64,000 bases of DNA from an uncultured Polaribacter sp. (lineage in GTDB: Bacteria; Bacteroidota; Bacteroidia; Flavobacteriales; Flavobacteriaceae): assembly GCA_943788045.1 (NCBI GenBank), contig CALSOT010000005.1, forward strand, positions 12,789 through 76,788, given 5' to 3'. The position numbers were made by a program, and so were the translations under genes. Below the pieces are notes generated by a model. That model was not told the origin of the DNA. It made no database searches and saw only the letters and a program-made list of their open reading frames with translations. This document shows positions 47,084-57,404 of this stretch, one piece after another. The stretch's first letter is position 1, and the number at the start of each line of letters is the position of its first letter.

Positions 47084-47551
47084 TCAATTTTCCGTAGATC
47101 TCTCATAAGAAAAACCTCCATTTTTTTGTTGTCCCCAACTTTTAAACTCAACGGATAAGTAAATGTCTTCTTCTATGATATGCATGACCAAGTTCTTTCC
47201 CACAACATCTTTGGGGCTTCCAACCGCGTTTCTGAATGTCTTAAATGAAAGGTTTGCTATATTAGAAACTGTGCCTATGGCCCATTCTGTGCCTACTGGG
47301 CTTATACTTTTGGCAGAGGTGAATTCTGATTGGATATTATAGATTTCACCCCCAGAATTATCTCTTGTAATTGCAACACTAGGAGTTATTCTATCTTGAT
47401 TCGCCTCTAAAGTTGGATCAGAATCACCATTTTTAACGAATTCAATTTTATCTCCACTCCATATAGTATAATCGGTTTGTGGATTATTATCGTCATTTGA
47501 TGAGCAAGAGATTAATGTCAAAATAAAAATAGAAAATGTAAGATATTTCAT
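47084..47551 (-). CDS. Hypothetical lipoprotein
   Basis: Lipobox at MKYLTFSIFILTLISCSSNDD. ATG at 47551 is preferred to the track start at 47665. Confidence 0.5.
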   Translation of the reverse strand: MKYLTFSIFILTLISCSSNDDNNPQTDYTIWSGDKIEFVKNGDSDPTLEANQDRITPSVAITRDNSGGEIYNIQSEFTSAKSISPVGTEWAIGTVSNIANLSFKTFRNAVGSPKDVVGKNLVMHIIEEDIYLSVEFKSWGQQKNGGFSYERSTEN

Positions 47552-48073
47552 AATATATTTTTTTAATTCGTATGAGATTTTACCTAATTTGATGAAAGTA
47601 TAAGATTTTTTAAACAATATACTTTCAATAGTTACGAAGTTATATTTTTTTTGGTGTAAAAGCAAATTGAATTATTGCATAGGAATGCGCACGCCATAGT
47701 TGTGAGATTCTGTCCAGTTGTTGCTTTTTTAAATCAGTGAAAAAATATCTTTTTCTGTCAGTTTAAAATTATTTTAACATTGTCTTTAAATTTACCAATA
47801 TTTAGTGATATTTCTTTTTGAAATGAATGCATGTTTTTACCTTATTTAAATTTGAATTAACGAACAGCTTTCTTGTTTACAATTTTTTCTTTGCATTATT
47901 ATTCAGTGTTTTACTGTCTATTTTTAGTTTAGTATTATTTTCATTATTGATAAGAGACGTAAAAACCATTAAAAAGTAAATAACGATGCTGAAATAGAAG
48001 TATTTAAGATTTGTGAAATCAATTAAAATGATTAGTTTTGCAGTCGATTTTTTTAAGATAAAAGAACAAATAA

Positions 48074-49396
48074 ATGAATATTACAAAAGAAAACATAGAT
48101 GCATTAAATGCAGTTGTAAAAGTTGATATCGTTGCTGATGATTACCAAGCAAAAGTAACAGGTTTATTAGCAGATTATCGTAAAAAGGCAGATGTTCCTG
48201 GTTTTAGAAAAGGGCATGTACCAATGGGTATGATTAAAAAGAAGTACGGTAAATCTATAATGATAGATGAGGTTAATAAGCTTTTACAAGAATCTTTAAA
48301 TAAATTTTTAGCAGACGAGAAATTAGACATCTTGGGAAATCCTATTCCAAGAATGACAGAGAATTTTGATTGGGATGCAGAAGTTTTTTCTTTTGAATTC
48401 GAATTAGGTTTAGCACCTGTTTTTGATGTAAACTTAGATTCTAAAAAGAAAGTAACAAAATATAATATCGTTGCAACAGAAGAATTACTTGACGAAGAAG
48501 TTAAGAATATTCAAAAGCGTTATGGTAAGATGATTCCTCTAGAAGAAGCTTTAGTGGATTCAAATGTAACAGCTACTTTTGTAAACGAAGAAAACGAAAT
48601 CAACAAAAAATCTACTTTTTTAGTAAAAGATCTGAAAGGAAAGAAAAATGAAAAGAAAGTAATTGGAGCTAAGGTTGGTGACGTAATCGAATTAGAAACC
48701 AAGGGGTTATTTGAGGATAATAACAAGTTAGAACACATTTTAGGTGTTTCCAAAGATGCTGCAAAAGATTTAAATGTTACAGTTTCTGTAACAATAGAAG
48801 AAATTACAAAAACAGAATTAGCTGAGTTAGATAAAGAGTTATTTGATAAATTGTTTTCTGATGGAAGTGTAACTTCTGTAACTGAATTAAAGGCAAAAAT
48901 TAAAATAGATGCCGAAAAGCAATTTGAGCAGCAGGGAGATCAGCAATTACTAAATGCAATTACAGAGTATTTAGTAGAAAACACAAAATTTGATTTACCA
49001 GCTAGTTTCTTAAAGAAATGGTTAAAAACTGCAGGAGAAAAAGAGTTGACTGAAGAGGAAGCTACAGCAGAATTTGATAAGTCTGAGAAAGGTTTACGTT
49101 ATCAATTAATCGAAGGAAAGATTATGAAGGATAATGATATTAAATTAGATTACAAAGAATTGGTAGATTATGCAAAAGGATTTATCCGTTCGCAAATGGC
49201 TCAGTTTGGTAACATGAATCCAGAAGAAAAAGAATTGGATGATATTGCTGGTAGAATTTTACAAAACCAAGAAGAAGCTCAAAAATTACAATCTCAATTA
49301 ATGAGCCAAAAATTATTGGCTTTTTATAAAGAGAATATGAGTTTTAAATCGAAAGAGCTTTCTTACGAAGATTTCATAAAAGAAGTTTATAAGTAA
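48074..49396 (+). CDS. tig: Trigger factor
   Basis: 440 aa. N-terminal ribosome-binding signature GFRKGHVP, with clpP and clpX downstream. Confidence 0.9.
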   Translation: MNITKENIDALNAVVKVDIVADDYQAKVTGLLADYRKKADVPGFRKGHVPMGMIKKKYGKSIMIDEVNKLLQESLNKFLADEKLDILGNPIPRMTENFDWDAEVFSFEFELGLAPVFDVNLDSKKKVTKYNIVATEELLDEEVKNIQKRYGKMIPLEEALVDSNVTATFVNEENEINKKSTFLVKDLKGKKNEKKVIGAKVGDVIELETKGLFEDNNKLEHILGVSKDAAKDLNVTVSVTIEEITKTELAELDKELFDKLFSDGSVTSVTELKAKIKIDAEKQFEQQGDQQLLNAITEYLVENTKFDLPASFLKKWLKTAGEKELTEEEATAEFDKSEKGLRYQLIEGKIMKDNDIKLDYKELVDYAKGFIRSQMAQFGNMNPEEKELDDIAGRILQNQEEAQKLQSQLMSQKLLAFYKENMSFKSKELSYEDFIKEVYK

Positions 49397-49452
49397 TAAT
49401 CATACTGTTTTTGGTATCAATTTTTGCTGATGAACACAATGGATAAAGAGAA

Positions 49453-49482
49453 AACCTGAATTGTTAGATTCAGGTTTTTTTT
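49453..49482 (+). terminator. Rho-independent terminator after tig
   Basis: Hairpin AACCTGAAT-TGTTAG-ATTCAGGTT followed by a T run. Confidence 0.7.
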
Positions 49483-49557
49483 AGCGACTCACTCAAACAA
49501 AATAGTAATAAATAGTTCTTATATTTACACTATTAAACTTAAAATAGAAGCACGAAA

Positions 49558-50220
49558 ATGGATTACGGAAAAGAGTTCGAAAAATACGCAACAAAACATC
49601 AAGGAATAAACAGCACATATTTAGGTAAAATAACAAGTAGTTTAACGCCATATATTATGGAAGAACGTCAAATGAACATTACGCAGATGGATGTTTTTTC
49701 TCGGTTAATGATGGATAGAATTATCTTTTTGGGTACAGGAATTAACGATCAAGTAGCGAATGTTATTCAGGCGCAGTTATTGTTTTTAGAAAGTGTAGAC
49801 GCAAATAAAGATATTTCAATTTATATTAATTCACCAGGTGGAGGCGTTTATGCCGGTTTAGGTATTTATGATACAATGCAGTTTATAAAACCAGATGTTG
49901 CAACAATTTGTACAGGTATGGCAGCTTCTATGGGAGCGGTTTTAATGTGTGCGGGAGCAAAAGGGAAACGCTCTGCATTGCCACACTCTAGAGTTATGAT
50001 TCATCAACCTTTAGGAGGAACTCAAGGTCAGGCTTCAGATATTGAAATTACGACTAGAGAAATTTTAAAATTGAAAGATGAGTTGTATGCTATTATTGCA
50101 AATCATTCAGGACAAACTATTGAAAAAGTTCATAATGATTCTGATAGAGATTATTGGATGAAAGCAGAAGAGGCGAAGGCTTATGGAATGATTGATGAAG
50201 TTTTAGCGAGAAAAATATAG
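49558..50220 (+). CDS. clpP: ATP-dependent Clp protease proteolytic subunit
   Basis: DRIIFLG, INSPGG and the catalytic Ser context GMAASMGA; MIHQPLGG. Confidence 0.9.
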   Translation: MDYGKEFEKYATKHQGINSTYLGKITSSLTPYIMEERQMNITQMDVFSRLMMDRIIFLGTGINDQVANVIQAQLLFLESVDANKDISIYINSPGGGVYAGLGIYDTMQFIKPDVATICTGMAASMGAVLMCAGAKGKRSALPHSRVMIHQPLGGTQGQASDIEITTREILKLKDELYAIIANHSGQTIEKVHNDSDRDYWMKAEEAKAYGMIDEVLARKI

Positions 50221-50250
50221 GTTAAATCCTAAAAGAATAAAGTAGATATA

Positions 50251-51486
50251 ATGTCGAAAGAAGAAAATTTAGAATGTTCGTTTTGTGGACGAAAAAAAGC
50301 AGAAACTGACTTGCTAATTGCAGGAATAGATGCCCATATTTGTGATAAATGTATTGAGCAAGCTCATGGAATTGTGGAAGAAGAAGTTTCTGATTCAAAA
50401 TCAAATGAGCTTTCTAAAGATTTAATACTTAAAAAACCTTTGGAAATCAAAGAGTTTTTAGATCAATATATAATTGGTCAAGATGAAACAAAAAGAGCAA
50501 TGGCAGTTGCTGTTTATAATCACTATAAGCGTTTATTACAAGAAGAAAGTGAAGATGATGTAGAAATTGAAAAGTCTAATATTGTCTTAGTAGGAGAAAC
50601 CGGTACAGGTAAAACCTTGGTTGCAAAAACAATTGCAAGAATGCTTAATATACCTTTTGCAATCGTTGATGCTACTGTTTTAACACAAGCAGGTTATGTT
50701 GGTGAAGATGTAGAAAGCATTTTAAGTAAATTATTGCAAGCTGCAGATTATGATGTAGAAAAGGCACAAAGAGGTATAATTTTTATTGATGAAATTGATA
50801 AAATTGCCAGAAAAGGTGATAATCCTTCTATAACAAGGGATGTTTCTGGAGAAGGAGTGCAGCAAGCTTTATTAAAATTATTAGAGGGAACCGTTGTTAA
50901 TGTTGCACCAAAAGGTGGAAGAAAACATCCTGAACAAAAATTTATAGAAGTAAACACTAAAGAAATTTTGTTTATTGCTGGTGGCGCGTTTTCAGGAATT
51001 GAAAGACTTATAAGTAAGCGTTTAAATATGCAAGCTGTAGGTTTTAGTGCCTCTTTAGATGATGATAAAGTAGATGAAGAAAATTTGTTGCAATATATTA
51101 TACCATCAGATTTAAAAGCATTTGGATTAATTCCAGAAATTATTGGGCGTTTACCTGTGTTGAGTTACATGAACCCTTTAGATGCTAAAACCTTAAGGTC
51201 AATTTTAACAGAGCCTAAAAATGCGATAATTAAGCAATATGCTAAGCTATTTTTAATGGATGATGTTGACTTTGTTATAGAGGACGAGGCTTTAAATTAT
51301 ATCGTTGAAAAAGCAATTGAGTATAAGCTAGGAGCAAGGGGGTTACGTTCTTTATGTGAGGCTATATTTACAGATGCCATGTTTGATTTACCGAGTTCTG
51401 ATGAAAAAGAATTTAACGTGACTAAAGATTACGCAGAGGCAAAATTAACAAATACAACATTAAAAAAATTAAGGACAGCCTCTTAA
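50251..51486 (+). CDS. clpX: ATP-dependent Clp protease ATP-binding subunit ClpX
   Basis: N-terminal C4 zinc finger CSFCGRK...ICDKC, Walker A GETGTGKT, Walker [10 protein letters not shown]. Confidence 0.92.
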   Translation: MSKEENLECSFCGRKKAETDLLIAGIDAHICDKCIEQAHGIVEEEVSDSKSNELSKDLILKKPLEIKEFLDQYIIGQDETKRAMAVAVYNHYKRLLQEESEDDVEIEKSNIVLVGETGTGKTLVAKTIARMLNIPFAIVDATVLTQAGYVGEDVESILSKLLQAADYDVEKAQRGIIFIDEIDKIARKGDNPSITRDVSGEGVQQALLKLLEGTVVNVAPKGGRKHPEQKFIEVNTKEILFIAGGAFSGIERLISKRLNMQAVGFSASLDDDKVDEENLLQYIIPSDLKAFGLIPEIIGRLPVLSYMNPLDAKTLRSILTEPKNAIIKQYAKLFLMDDVDFVIEDEALNYIVEKAIEYKLGARGLRSLCEAIFTDAMFDLPSSDEKEFNVTKDYAEAKLTNTTLKKLRTAS

Positions 51487-51506
51487 GGTAAAAAAAATAG
51501 ATATTG

Positions 51507-51537
51507 AAACCTCATTATTAATTTAGTGAGGTTTTTT
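51507..51537 (+). terminator. Rho-independent terminator after clpX
   Basis: Hairpin AAACCTCA...TGAGGTTT followed by a T run. Confidence 0.65.
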
Positions 51538-51603
51538 AATTATAAAATTTATCAGAAATAAGGTTTTCTTATCTTTGTTTTCACTTTCCAATAAATAGCA
51601 TTC

Positions 51604-53622
51604 ATGATAGTAAGAAGTACCATAGACCAAATTTTTGAATCTGCAAGGGTAGAAGAGGTTATTGGTGAATTTGTTCAGCTTAAAAAAGCAGGAAGTAACT
51701 TTAAAGGGTTAAGTCCTTTTACAGATGAAAAATCACCATCCTTTATGGTATCTCCAGTAAAACAAATTTGGAAAGATTTTTCTACTGGGAAAGGAGGTAA
51801 CTCAGTTTCTTTTTTAATGGAACATGAGCATTTTTCATATCCAGAAGCGTTAAGGTGGTTGGCTAAAAAGTACAATATAGAAATTGAAGAAACTGAAAGA
51901 TCATCTGAAGAGAAGGCGCAGATGAATGAACGAGAGAGTATGTTTATGGTATCTAATTTTGCCAAAGACTATTTTCATGATTTAATGCTAAATTCTAATA
52001 AAGGAAAGGCGATTGGATTATCTTATTTTAGAGAACGTGGTTTTACAGATGAAACCATTAAAAGATTTGAATTAGGATATTGTATCGATGAATGGGATAA
52101 TTTTACAAAAAGTGCTTTAGCAAAAGGATATGATATAAAATATCTTGCTTCAACAGGATTAACAATTGTAAAAGAAAACAAACAATTTGATCGTTTTAAA
52201 GGGCGCGTAATGTTTCCAATACATTCTATGTCGGGTCGTATTTTAGGTTTCGGAGGTCGTATTTTAACTGCGGATAAAAAGGCGGCTAAATATTTAAACT
52301 CACCCGAAAGCGATATTTATCACAAGAGTAAAATTCTTTATGGATTATATCAAGCTAAAAAAGAAATAGCAAAACAAGATAATTGTTTTTTGGTAGAAGG
52401 TTATACAGATGTAATTTCTTTTAACCAGTCTGGTGTAGAAAATGTTGTAGCTTCCTCTGGTACTGCGCTAACACCAGATCAAATACGATTGATAAATAGA
52501 CTTACCAAAAATATAACAGTTCTTTTTGATGGAGATGCGGCGGGAATTAGAGCCTCTATTCGGGGTATAGATTTAATTTTAGAGCAAGGAATGAACGTAA
52601 AAGTAGTTCAATTCCCTGAAGGAGAAGATCCTGATAGTTTTGCAAAATCAAATTCGGAAGCTGAGCTAAAAGAGTATCTAGAAAATTCTGCTCAAGACTT
52701 TATCAACTTTAAAGTGTCACTTTTATTAAAAGACTCCAAAAACGATCCTATAAAAAAAGCAGGTGTTATTAGAGATATTGTTAGTAGCATTTCTAAAATT
52801 CCAGATGGTATTCAGCGAGAAGTGTATGTCCAAGAATGTGCTAGAGTTATGGATATTTCTGAGCGAGTTTTATTTAGTGAGTTAGCCCAATTATTAAAAA
52901 AAGGAATACAAGAAAAAAACAAAAAAAACAGACAGCAAAATAGAGCACCGCAAGATCCAAATGAGCCACCCGCAGAATATTTTATGAACCAAGAACAGGC
53001 TCAAATGGGCTTGGTTAAAGGTGGTGCGGTTTCTACTCAAAAAATAGATCAACTAAGTATTCTTGAAAATGAAATTATTAAAATTTTGCTTTTATATGGA
53101 AATGAGCAAGTTGAATTTAGTGAAGAGGTAATTAATGTTGATGAGGAAGGAGTAGAACATATAGAAACAAGAAAGTATGAAAATACGGTTTCTGCTGAAA
53201 TTTATGTGCATTTGCATGAGGATGAAATAGAATTTTCTAATGTTCTTTTTCAGGAAATTTATACAGAAATTATTCATCAATTGAATCAATTAGAAAAATT
53301 AGATATTGATGGTTTAATCAATCATCAAAATTCTGATATATCTACAATTGTAACCTCTATTTTAATGGAGAAAGAAAATCCTAACCGCCAGTTGAGTGAT
53401 TGGGAAGGGCAAAATATAGAAGTTAAGTCCGTTTTAGAGGTTTTAGCGAAAGGAGTAAACGACGTTGTTTACAATTTAAGAAGAGTATTAATTGGAGAAA
53501 AGATTGAAGAATTGATGAATCAGGCTGTTAAGGACCAAAGTGCATCAATAGATTTAGATATTATTAGAAATTATACAAGCTTGAAAATGAGGCTTTTTGA
53601 AAAGTTAAATAGAGTTGTATGA
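51604..53622 (+). CDS. dnaG: DNA primase
   Basis: The N-terminal primase region aligns by eye with the E. coli DnaG zinc-binding domain, but without the Cys/His ligands. TOPRIM region VEGYTDVIS...LFDGDAAG. Confidence 0.88.
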   Translation: MIVRSTIDQIFESARVEEVIGEFVQLKKAGSNFKGLSPFTDEKSPSFMVSPVKQIWKDFSTGKGGNSVSFLMEHEHFSYPEALRWLAKKYNIEIEETERSSEEKAQMNERESMFMVSNFAKDYFHDLMLNSNKGKAIGLSYFRERGFTDETIKRFELGYCIDEWDNFTKSALAKGYDIKYLASTGLTIVKENKQFDRFKGRVMFPIHSMSGRILGFGGRILTADKKAAKYLNSPESDIYHKSKILYGLYQAKKEIAKQDNCFLVEGYTDVISFNQSGVENVVASSGTALTPDQIRLINRLTKNITVLFDGDAAGIRASIRGIDLILEQGMNVKVVQFPEGEDPDSFAKSNSEAELKEYLENSAQDFINFKVSLLLKDSKNDPIKKAGVIRDIVSSISKIPDGIQREVYVQECARVMDISERVLFSELAQLLKKGIQEKNKKNRQQNRAPQDPNEPPAEYFMNQEQAQMGLVKGGAVSTQKIDQLSILENEIIKILLLYGNEQVEFSEEVINVDEEGVEHIETRKYENTVSAEIYVHLHEDEIEFSNVLFQEIYTEIIHQLNQLEKLDIDGLINHQNSDISTIVTSILMEKENPNRQLSDWEGQNIEVKSVLEVLAKGVNDVVYNLRRVLIGEKIEELMNQAVKDQSASIDLDIIRNYTSLKMRLFEKLNRVV

Positions 53623-53863
53623 TTTTTAAAATTGTAAAAACAGGTGTTTTCACCTACAGTAATTATTATTGCAATTAAATATTTTTGTGTATATTGCAAT
53701 CGCTAAAAAGAAATCCCTCACATAATGAAAAAACTAGTACAAGTACTAAACGTGTTTAAATTGTTCGTTTTATTACCTTATGAAATATCAAAAGGTTCAA
53801 AAAAAAGAGCATATATGAGAATAAAGCAGAGTATGCTATCAGCAAACTTATTATAAAGAAAAT

Positions 53864-53906
53864 AAAAAAAAGCCTCAATTGTGTTCTACATAATTAAGGC
53901 TTTTTT
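53864..53906 (-). terminator. Bidirectional terminator downstream of nadE
   Basis: A7 run, hairpin AAGCCTCAATT...AATTAAGGCTT (one mismatch), then a T6 run. Confidence 0.6.
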
Positions 53907-53922
53907 GTTGTTAAGAATTATT

Positions 53923-54711
53923 TTATTGAAGTTCTTTAGGTATTTTACAAATAGGTATTGGTTCCATTTTGTGCTGATTAGCCTTGTTTAGTTTCAAATA
54001 TATTTTAAAGACCTCATATTCTCTTCCGGAAAAATCATTTTCTGATTTTCCTTTACTTTGCATATCCATTGCCCATTCTAACTCATCATAAGAAGCTCCT
54101 ATTTGATCTTCATCAGTTCTACTATCTCCAAATAATCCATCTGTTGGAGCTGCTTTTTGTATTGAATTTGGGACATCAAGAAATGCAGCTAATTCATAAA
54201 CTTCAGATTTCATTAAATCTGCAATAGGACTTAAGTCCACACCTCCATCACCATATTTAGTGTAAAATCCTACCCCAAAATCTTCGACTTTATTACCTGT
54301 TCCTATAACTAAATAGCTATGTAAGCCGGCTAAATAGTATAGAGTAGTCATTCTTAATCTTGCTCTTGTGTTAGCTAAAGACAAATCTACTTTTACGGAA
54401 GATTCCGTTTTCGGAACTACATTTTTAAAATCCTCAAAAGTAGAAGTTAAATCAACTCTAATATCACAAACATTCTCAAATTTACTTTTTAATGAGTTAA
54501 TATGTTCTTGCGCTCTCGTAACTTGATTTTTTGCCTGGTGGATGGGCAATTCCACACATAGAGTTGGGAAACCGGTCTTTGCGCAAAGTGTTGATGTTAG
54601 GGCAGAATCAATTCCGCCAGATACTCCAACAACAAATCCTTTTACTTTTGCATTTTTAGCATATTCTTTTAGCCATTTTATAATATGATCTGCAACTTTT
54701 ACGGTATTCAT
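53923..54711 (-). CDS. nadE: NH3-dependent NAD+ synthetase
   Basis: PP-loop motif VGVSGGIDSALT; 262 aa. Confidence 0.88.
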   Translation of the reverse strand: MNTVKVADHIIKWLKEYAKNAKVKGFVVGVSGGIDSALTSTLCAKTGFPTLCVELPIHQAKNQVTRAQEHINSLKSKFENVCDIRVDLTSTFEDFKNVVPKTESSVKVDLSLANTRARLRMTTLYYLAGLHSYLVIGTGNKVEDFGVGFYTKYGDGGVDLSPIADLMKSEVYELAAFLDVPNSIQKAAPTDGLFGDSRTDEDQIGASYDELEWAMDMQSKGKSENDFSGREYEVFKIYLKLNKANQHKMEPIPICKIPKELQ

Positions 54712-54770
54712 TGATAAACTATTTTAGTATTTTTATCGTTTTATATTTTCAATAGCAAGATACGAAGTTT

Positions 54771-55730
54771 ATGAGATTTTTTATAATAGTTTTTTTGATT
54801 TTATTAACCATTACATCATGTAGCTCAGATAATAAAGGATTTGTTGATGTATCTGGTATTGATGTAGAGTTTTTAGTAAATAGGTATGAGATTGATTTTT
54901 ATAAATCTAATAAAGAGAATTTACCTCTTTTAAAAAATAAATATCCTTACTTATTTCCAAGATCATTTTCAGATAGTCTTGCAATGTCTAAAATGTCTAA
55001 TAAAGAAGAAATCGATTTATTTAATGAAACACAAAAAATATATAGTGATATTTCTGGTTTAGAATTACAATTAACATCTCTTTTCAAACACATAAAATAT
55101 TATAATCCTAAATTTAAATCACCCAATATAACTACGATGATTTCTAATATAGATTATGATAGTCGTGTGATTTATGCAGATAGTATACTACTCATTTCTT
55201 TGGATGTATATTTGGGAAAAGAACATGAATTTTATTCAGATTATCCAAAGTACATAAAAGAGAATAATACTAAAGAAAATATAATTGTAGATATTGCTAA
55301 TTCAATTTCAGTAAATCAGATTCCGTCTCTTAGCAGTAGAAGTTTTATTGGGAAAATGATTCATCAAGGAAAGAAAATGTATTTATTAGATCTGTATTTG
55401 CCTACTATTTCAGATAAATTAAAAATTGGATTTTTAGAGAAAAAACTTGATTGGGCTGTTGCGAATGAAGAAGATATTTGGAAGTATTTCATTGAAAGAA
55501 AACTATTGTTTAGTACAGATACAAAACTTAATAAAAGGTTTTTAGATAATGCACCATTTTCTAAGTTTTACTTAGAAAACGATAATCAATCTCCTGGCAG
55601 AATAGGTGCCTGGTTAGGGTGGCAAATAGTGAGGTCGTTTATGCGTAATAATGATGTATCTTTGCAGCAATTATTAAAAATTAATGAATTAGATTTGTAT
55701 AAGAAATCTAGATATAAGCCCAGAAAATAA
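54771..55730 (+). CDS. gldB: Gliding motility lipoprotein GldB
   Basis: Lipobox LLTITSCSS, ~320 aa, a GldB-like sequence, directly followed by gldC as in Flavobacterium johnsoniae. Confidence 0.8.
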   Translation: MRFFIIVFLILLTITSCSSDNKGFVDVSGIDVEFLVNRYEIDFYKSNKENLPLLKNKYPYLFPRSFSDSLAMSKMSNKEEIDLFNETQKIYSDISGLELQLTSLFKHIKYYNPKFKSPNITTMISNIDYDSRVIYADSILLISLDVYLGKEHEFYSDYPKYIKENNTKENIIVDIANSISVNQIPSLSSRSFIGKMIHQGKKMYLLDLYLPTISDKLKIGFLEKKLDWAVANEEDIWKYFIERKLLFSTDTKLNKRFLDNAPFSKFYLENDNQSPGRIGAWLGWQIVRSFMRNNDVSLQQLLKINELDLYKKSRYKPRK

Positions 55731-56062
55731 TGTCAGTAAAACATAATTCAGAAATCAAGTTTGAAGTTGGTTTAGATGAAAACAAAGTGCCAGAAGAAAT
55801 TTCTTGGTCAGCAAAAGAAGGAGGTATAAATAATGAAGCTTCTAAAGCTATTATGATTTCTGTTTGGGATCATAAGAAAAAAGATACTTTGCGCATGGAT
55901 TTATGGACAAAAGATATGCCTGTAGATGATATGAAACAATTTTATCATCAAACTTTAGTTTCTATGGCTGATTCTTTTGAGCGAGCAACAGATGATCAAA
56001 AAATGAGTGCTACAATGCGTGATTTTTGTGATTATTTTGCAGAGAAGTTAGAGTTAAAATAA
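55730..56062 (+). CDS. gldC: Gliding motility-associated protein GldC
   Basis: 110 aa beginning MSVKHNSEIKFEVGLDENKVPEEISWSA, typical of GldC. It is translationally coupled to gldB (ATAATG overlap). Confidence 0.8.
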   Translation: MSVKHNSEIKFEVGLDENKVPEEISWSAKEGGINNEASKAIMISVWDHKKKDTLRMDLWTKDMPVDDMKQFYHQTLVSMADSFERATDDQKMSATMRDFCDYFAEKLELK

Positions 56063-56178
56063 TAATATTTATCTTGTTTTTGTAAACATATTTCGTTGCT
56101 TATAAATGGATTTAAGAATTGATCAATACCTAAAGATCAAAATGGATTTTTTTGATTAATAAAGTATTTGATTGTTTT

Positions 56179-57303
56179 TTAAAAAGTCTTTATTTTATTG
56201 ACAATGTAATTGTAATCTTCAGGTTTATTTACGAAATCTAATTCTGAAACATCAATTATTAATAGGTTTAAATTCTTTTCAGTGTTTATAAAGTTTTTAT
56301 AACCATTATGTATTTTCTTTAAATAAGAAGTCTCAATGCTTTGTTCATAATCTCGTCCTCTTTTTTTTATATTTTCTAAAAGTCGTTCTGTGTTTTGAAA
56401 CAGATAGATATATAAATCAGGTTTTGTAATTTCCTTGTACATTAAGTCAAACATTTTTCTGTACAACAGATATTCTTCCTTCGGCAAAGTTACTTGAGCA
56501 AATATTAAAGATTTAAAGATATAATAATCCGAAATAATAAAGTTTTTAAATAAATCGTATTGTGCTAAATCGTCTGTAAGTTGTTGATACCTGTCAGCTA
56601 AAAAGCTCATTTCTAATGGAAAAGCGTATCGCTCATTATCTTCGTAGAATTTTGGTAAAAAAGGATTGTCGGCAAAACGTTCTAGTACTGTTTTGGCATT
56701 AAACTCATGGGAGAGTAAATTTGCTAAAGATGTTTTACCTGCTCCAATATTCCCTTCAATAGCAATATAGTTATATTTCTCATAAATTGGTGTTGGTCTT
56801 TTTAAAGTCTCATTTGTTAATGTTACCTCAGAGGAATCATCACAGTTTAGTAAACAAACCGAGATTTTAGTTTTTTCTATTGGATGAATAGCATTTGGCG
56901 CTATTTCTGCTAATGGAATCATTACAAACTTTCTTTGTAACATTTTTGAATGAGGAACTATGAGTGTTTTTGAAAATATAATCTCATCATTTACCAATAA
57001 TATGTCTATGTCTATATTTCTATTTTGATAACCATCTTCGTTAGACCTTAATCTACCTAAATCATTCTCTATTTTTAGTAAAGAATTCATTAACGTTTCA
57101 GGTTGGTGCTGCGTGGAAACTTCAATACATATATTAAAGAAATCTTCTCCTTTAAAACCCCATGATGGAGTTTTGTATACAGATGAAATGTTTTGAATTC
57201 CCCCAATTCTATCATCTATTAAATTAATAGCATTTTGTAGATTTTCAAGTTTATTTCCTTGATTTGTTCCGAGAGATAAATATGTGTTACTTTGAATTGT
57301 CAT
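56179..57303 (-). CDS. folK: Fused 6-hydroxymethyl-dihydropterin pyrophosphokinase (HPPK) and deoxynucleoside kinase
   Basis: The N-terminal half is YLSLGTNQGNKLENLQ...TPSWGFKG...RNIDIDIL...PHSKMLQRKFVMIPL (HPPK). The C-terminal half has the P-loop IAIEGNIGAGKTSLANLL and a dNK-like fold. No stop or ATG separates the halves. ATG at 57303 is preferred because the pnp terminator overlaps the longer track ORF. Confidence 0.7.
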   Translation of the reverse strand: MTIQSNTYLSLGTNQGNKLENLQNAINLIDDRIGGIQNISSVYKTPSWGFKGEDFFNICIEVSTQHQPETLMNSLLKIENDLGRLRSNEDGYQNRNIDIDILLVNDEIIFSKTLIVPHSKMLQRKFVMIPLAEIAPNAIHPIEKTKISVCLLNCDDSSEVTLTNETLKRPTPIYEKYNYIAIEGNIGAGKTSLANLLSHEFNAKTVLERFADNPFLPKFYEDNERYAFPLEMSFLADRYQQLTDDLAQYDLFKNFIISDYYIFKSLIFAQVTLPKEEYLLYRKMFDLMYKEITKPDLYIYLFQNTERLLENIKKRGRDYEQSIETSYLKKIHNGYKNFINTEKNLNLLIIDVSELDFVNKPEDYNYIVNKIKTF

Positions 57304-57351
57304 AAGTTCCTTACAAAGTAAATAAAAGCATTTTATAAATAGGCTATAAAC

Positions 57352-57384
57352 AAAAAAAATCGCCAAATTATTTTGGCGATTTTT
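57352..57384 (-). terminator. Rho-independent terminator after pnp
   Basis: On the minus strand, hairpin ATCGCCAAA-ATAA-TTTGGCGAT followed by T8. Confidence 0.8.
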
Positions 57385-57404
57385 AATGTCAATTATAAAA
57401 GAAT

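Noticed and set aside
47666-48073. Long (~520 bp) divergent intergenic region upstream of tig, with a locally GC-richer patch (about 47680-47730), considered as a small RNA gene
   Set aside because: I could find no convincing stem-loops or known ncRNA motifs (SRP, 6S, tmRNA, RNase P) by eye. This is insufficient evidence without covariance-model searches.
53725-53856. 43-aa ORF (MKKLVQVLNVFKLFVLLPYEISKGSKKRAYMRIKQSMLSANLL) between dnaG and nadE
   Set aside because: It is too short, has no motif, and cannot be told apart from a chance ORF.
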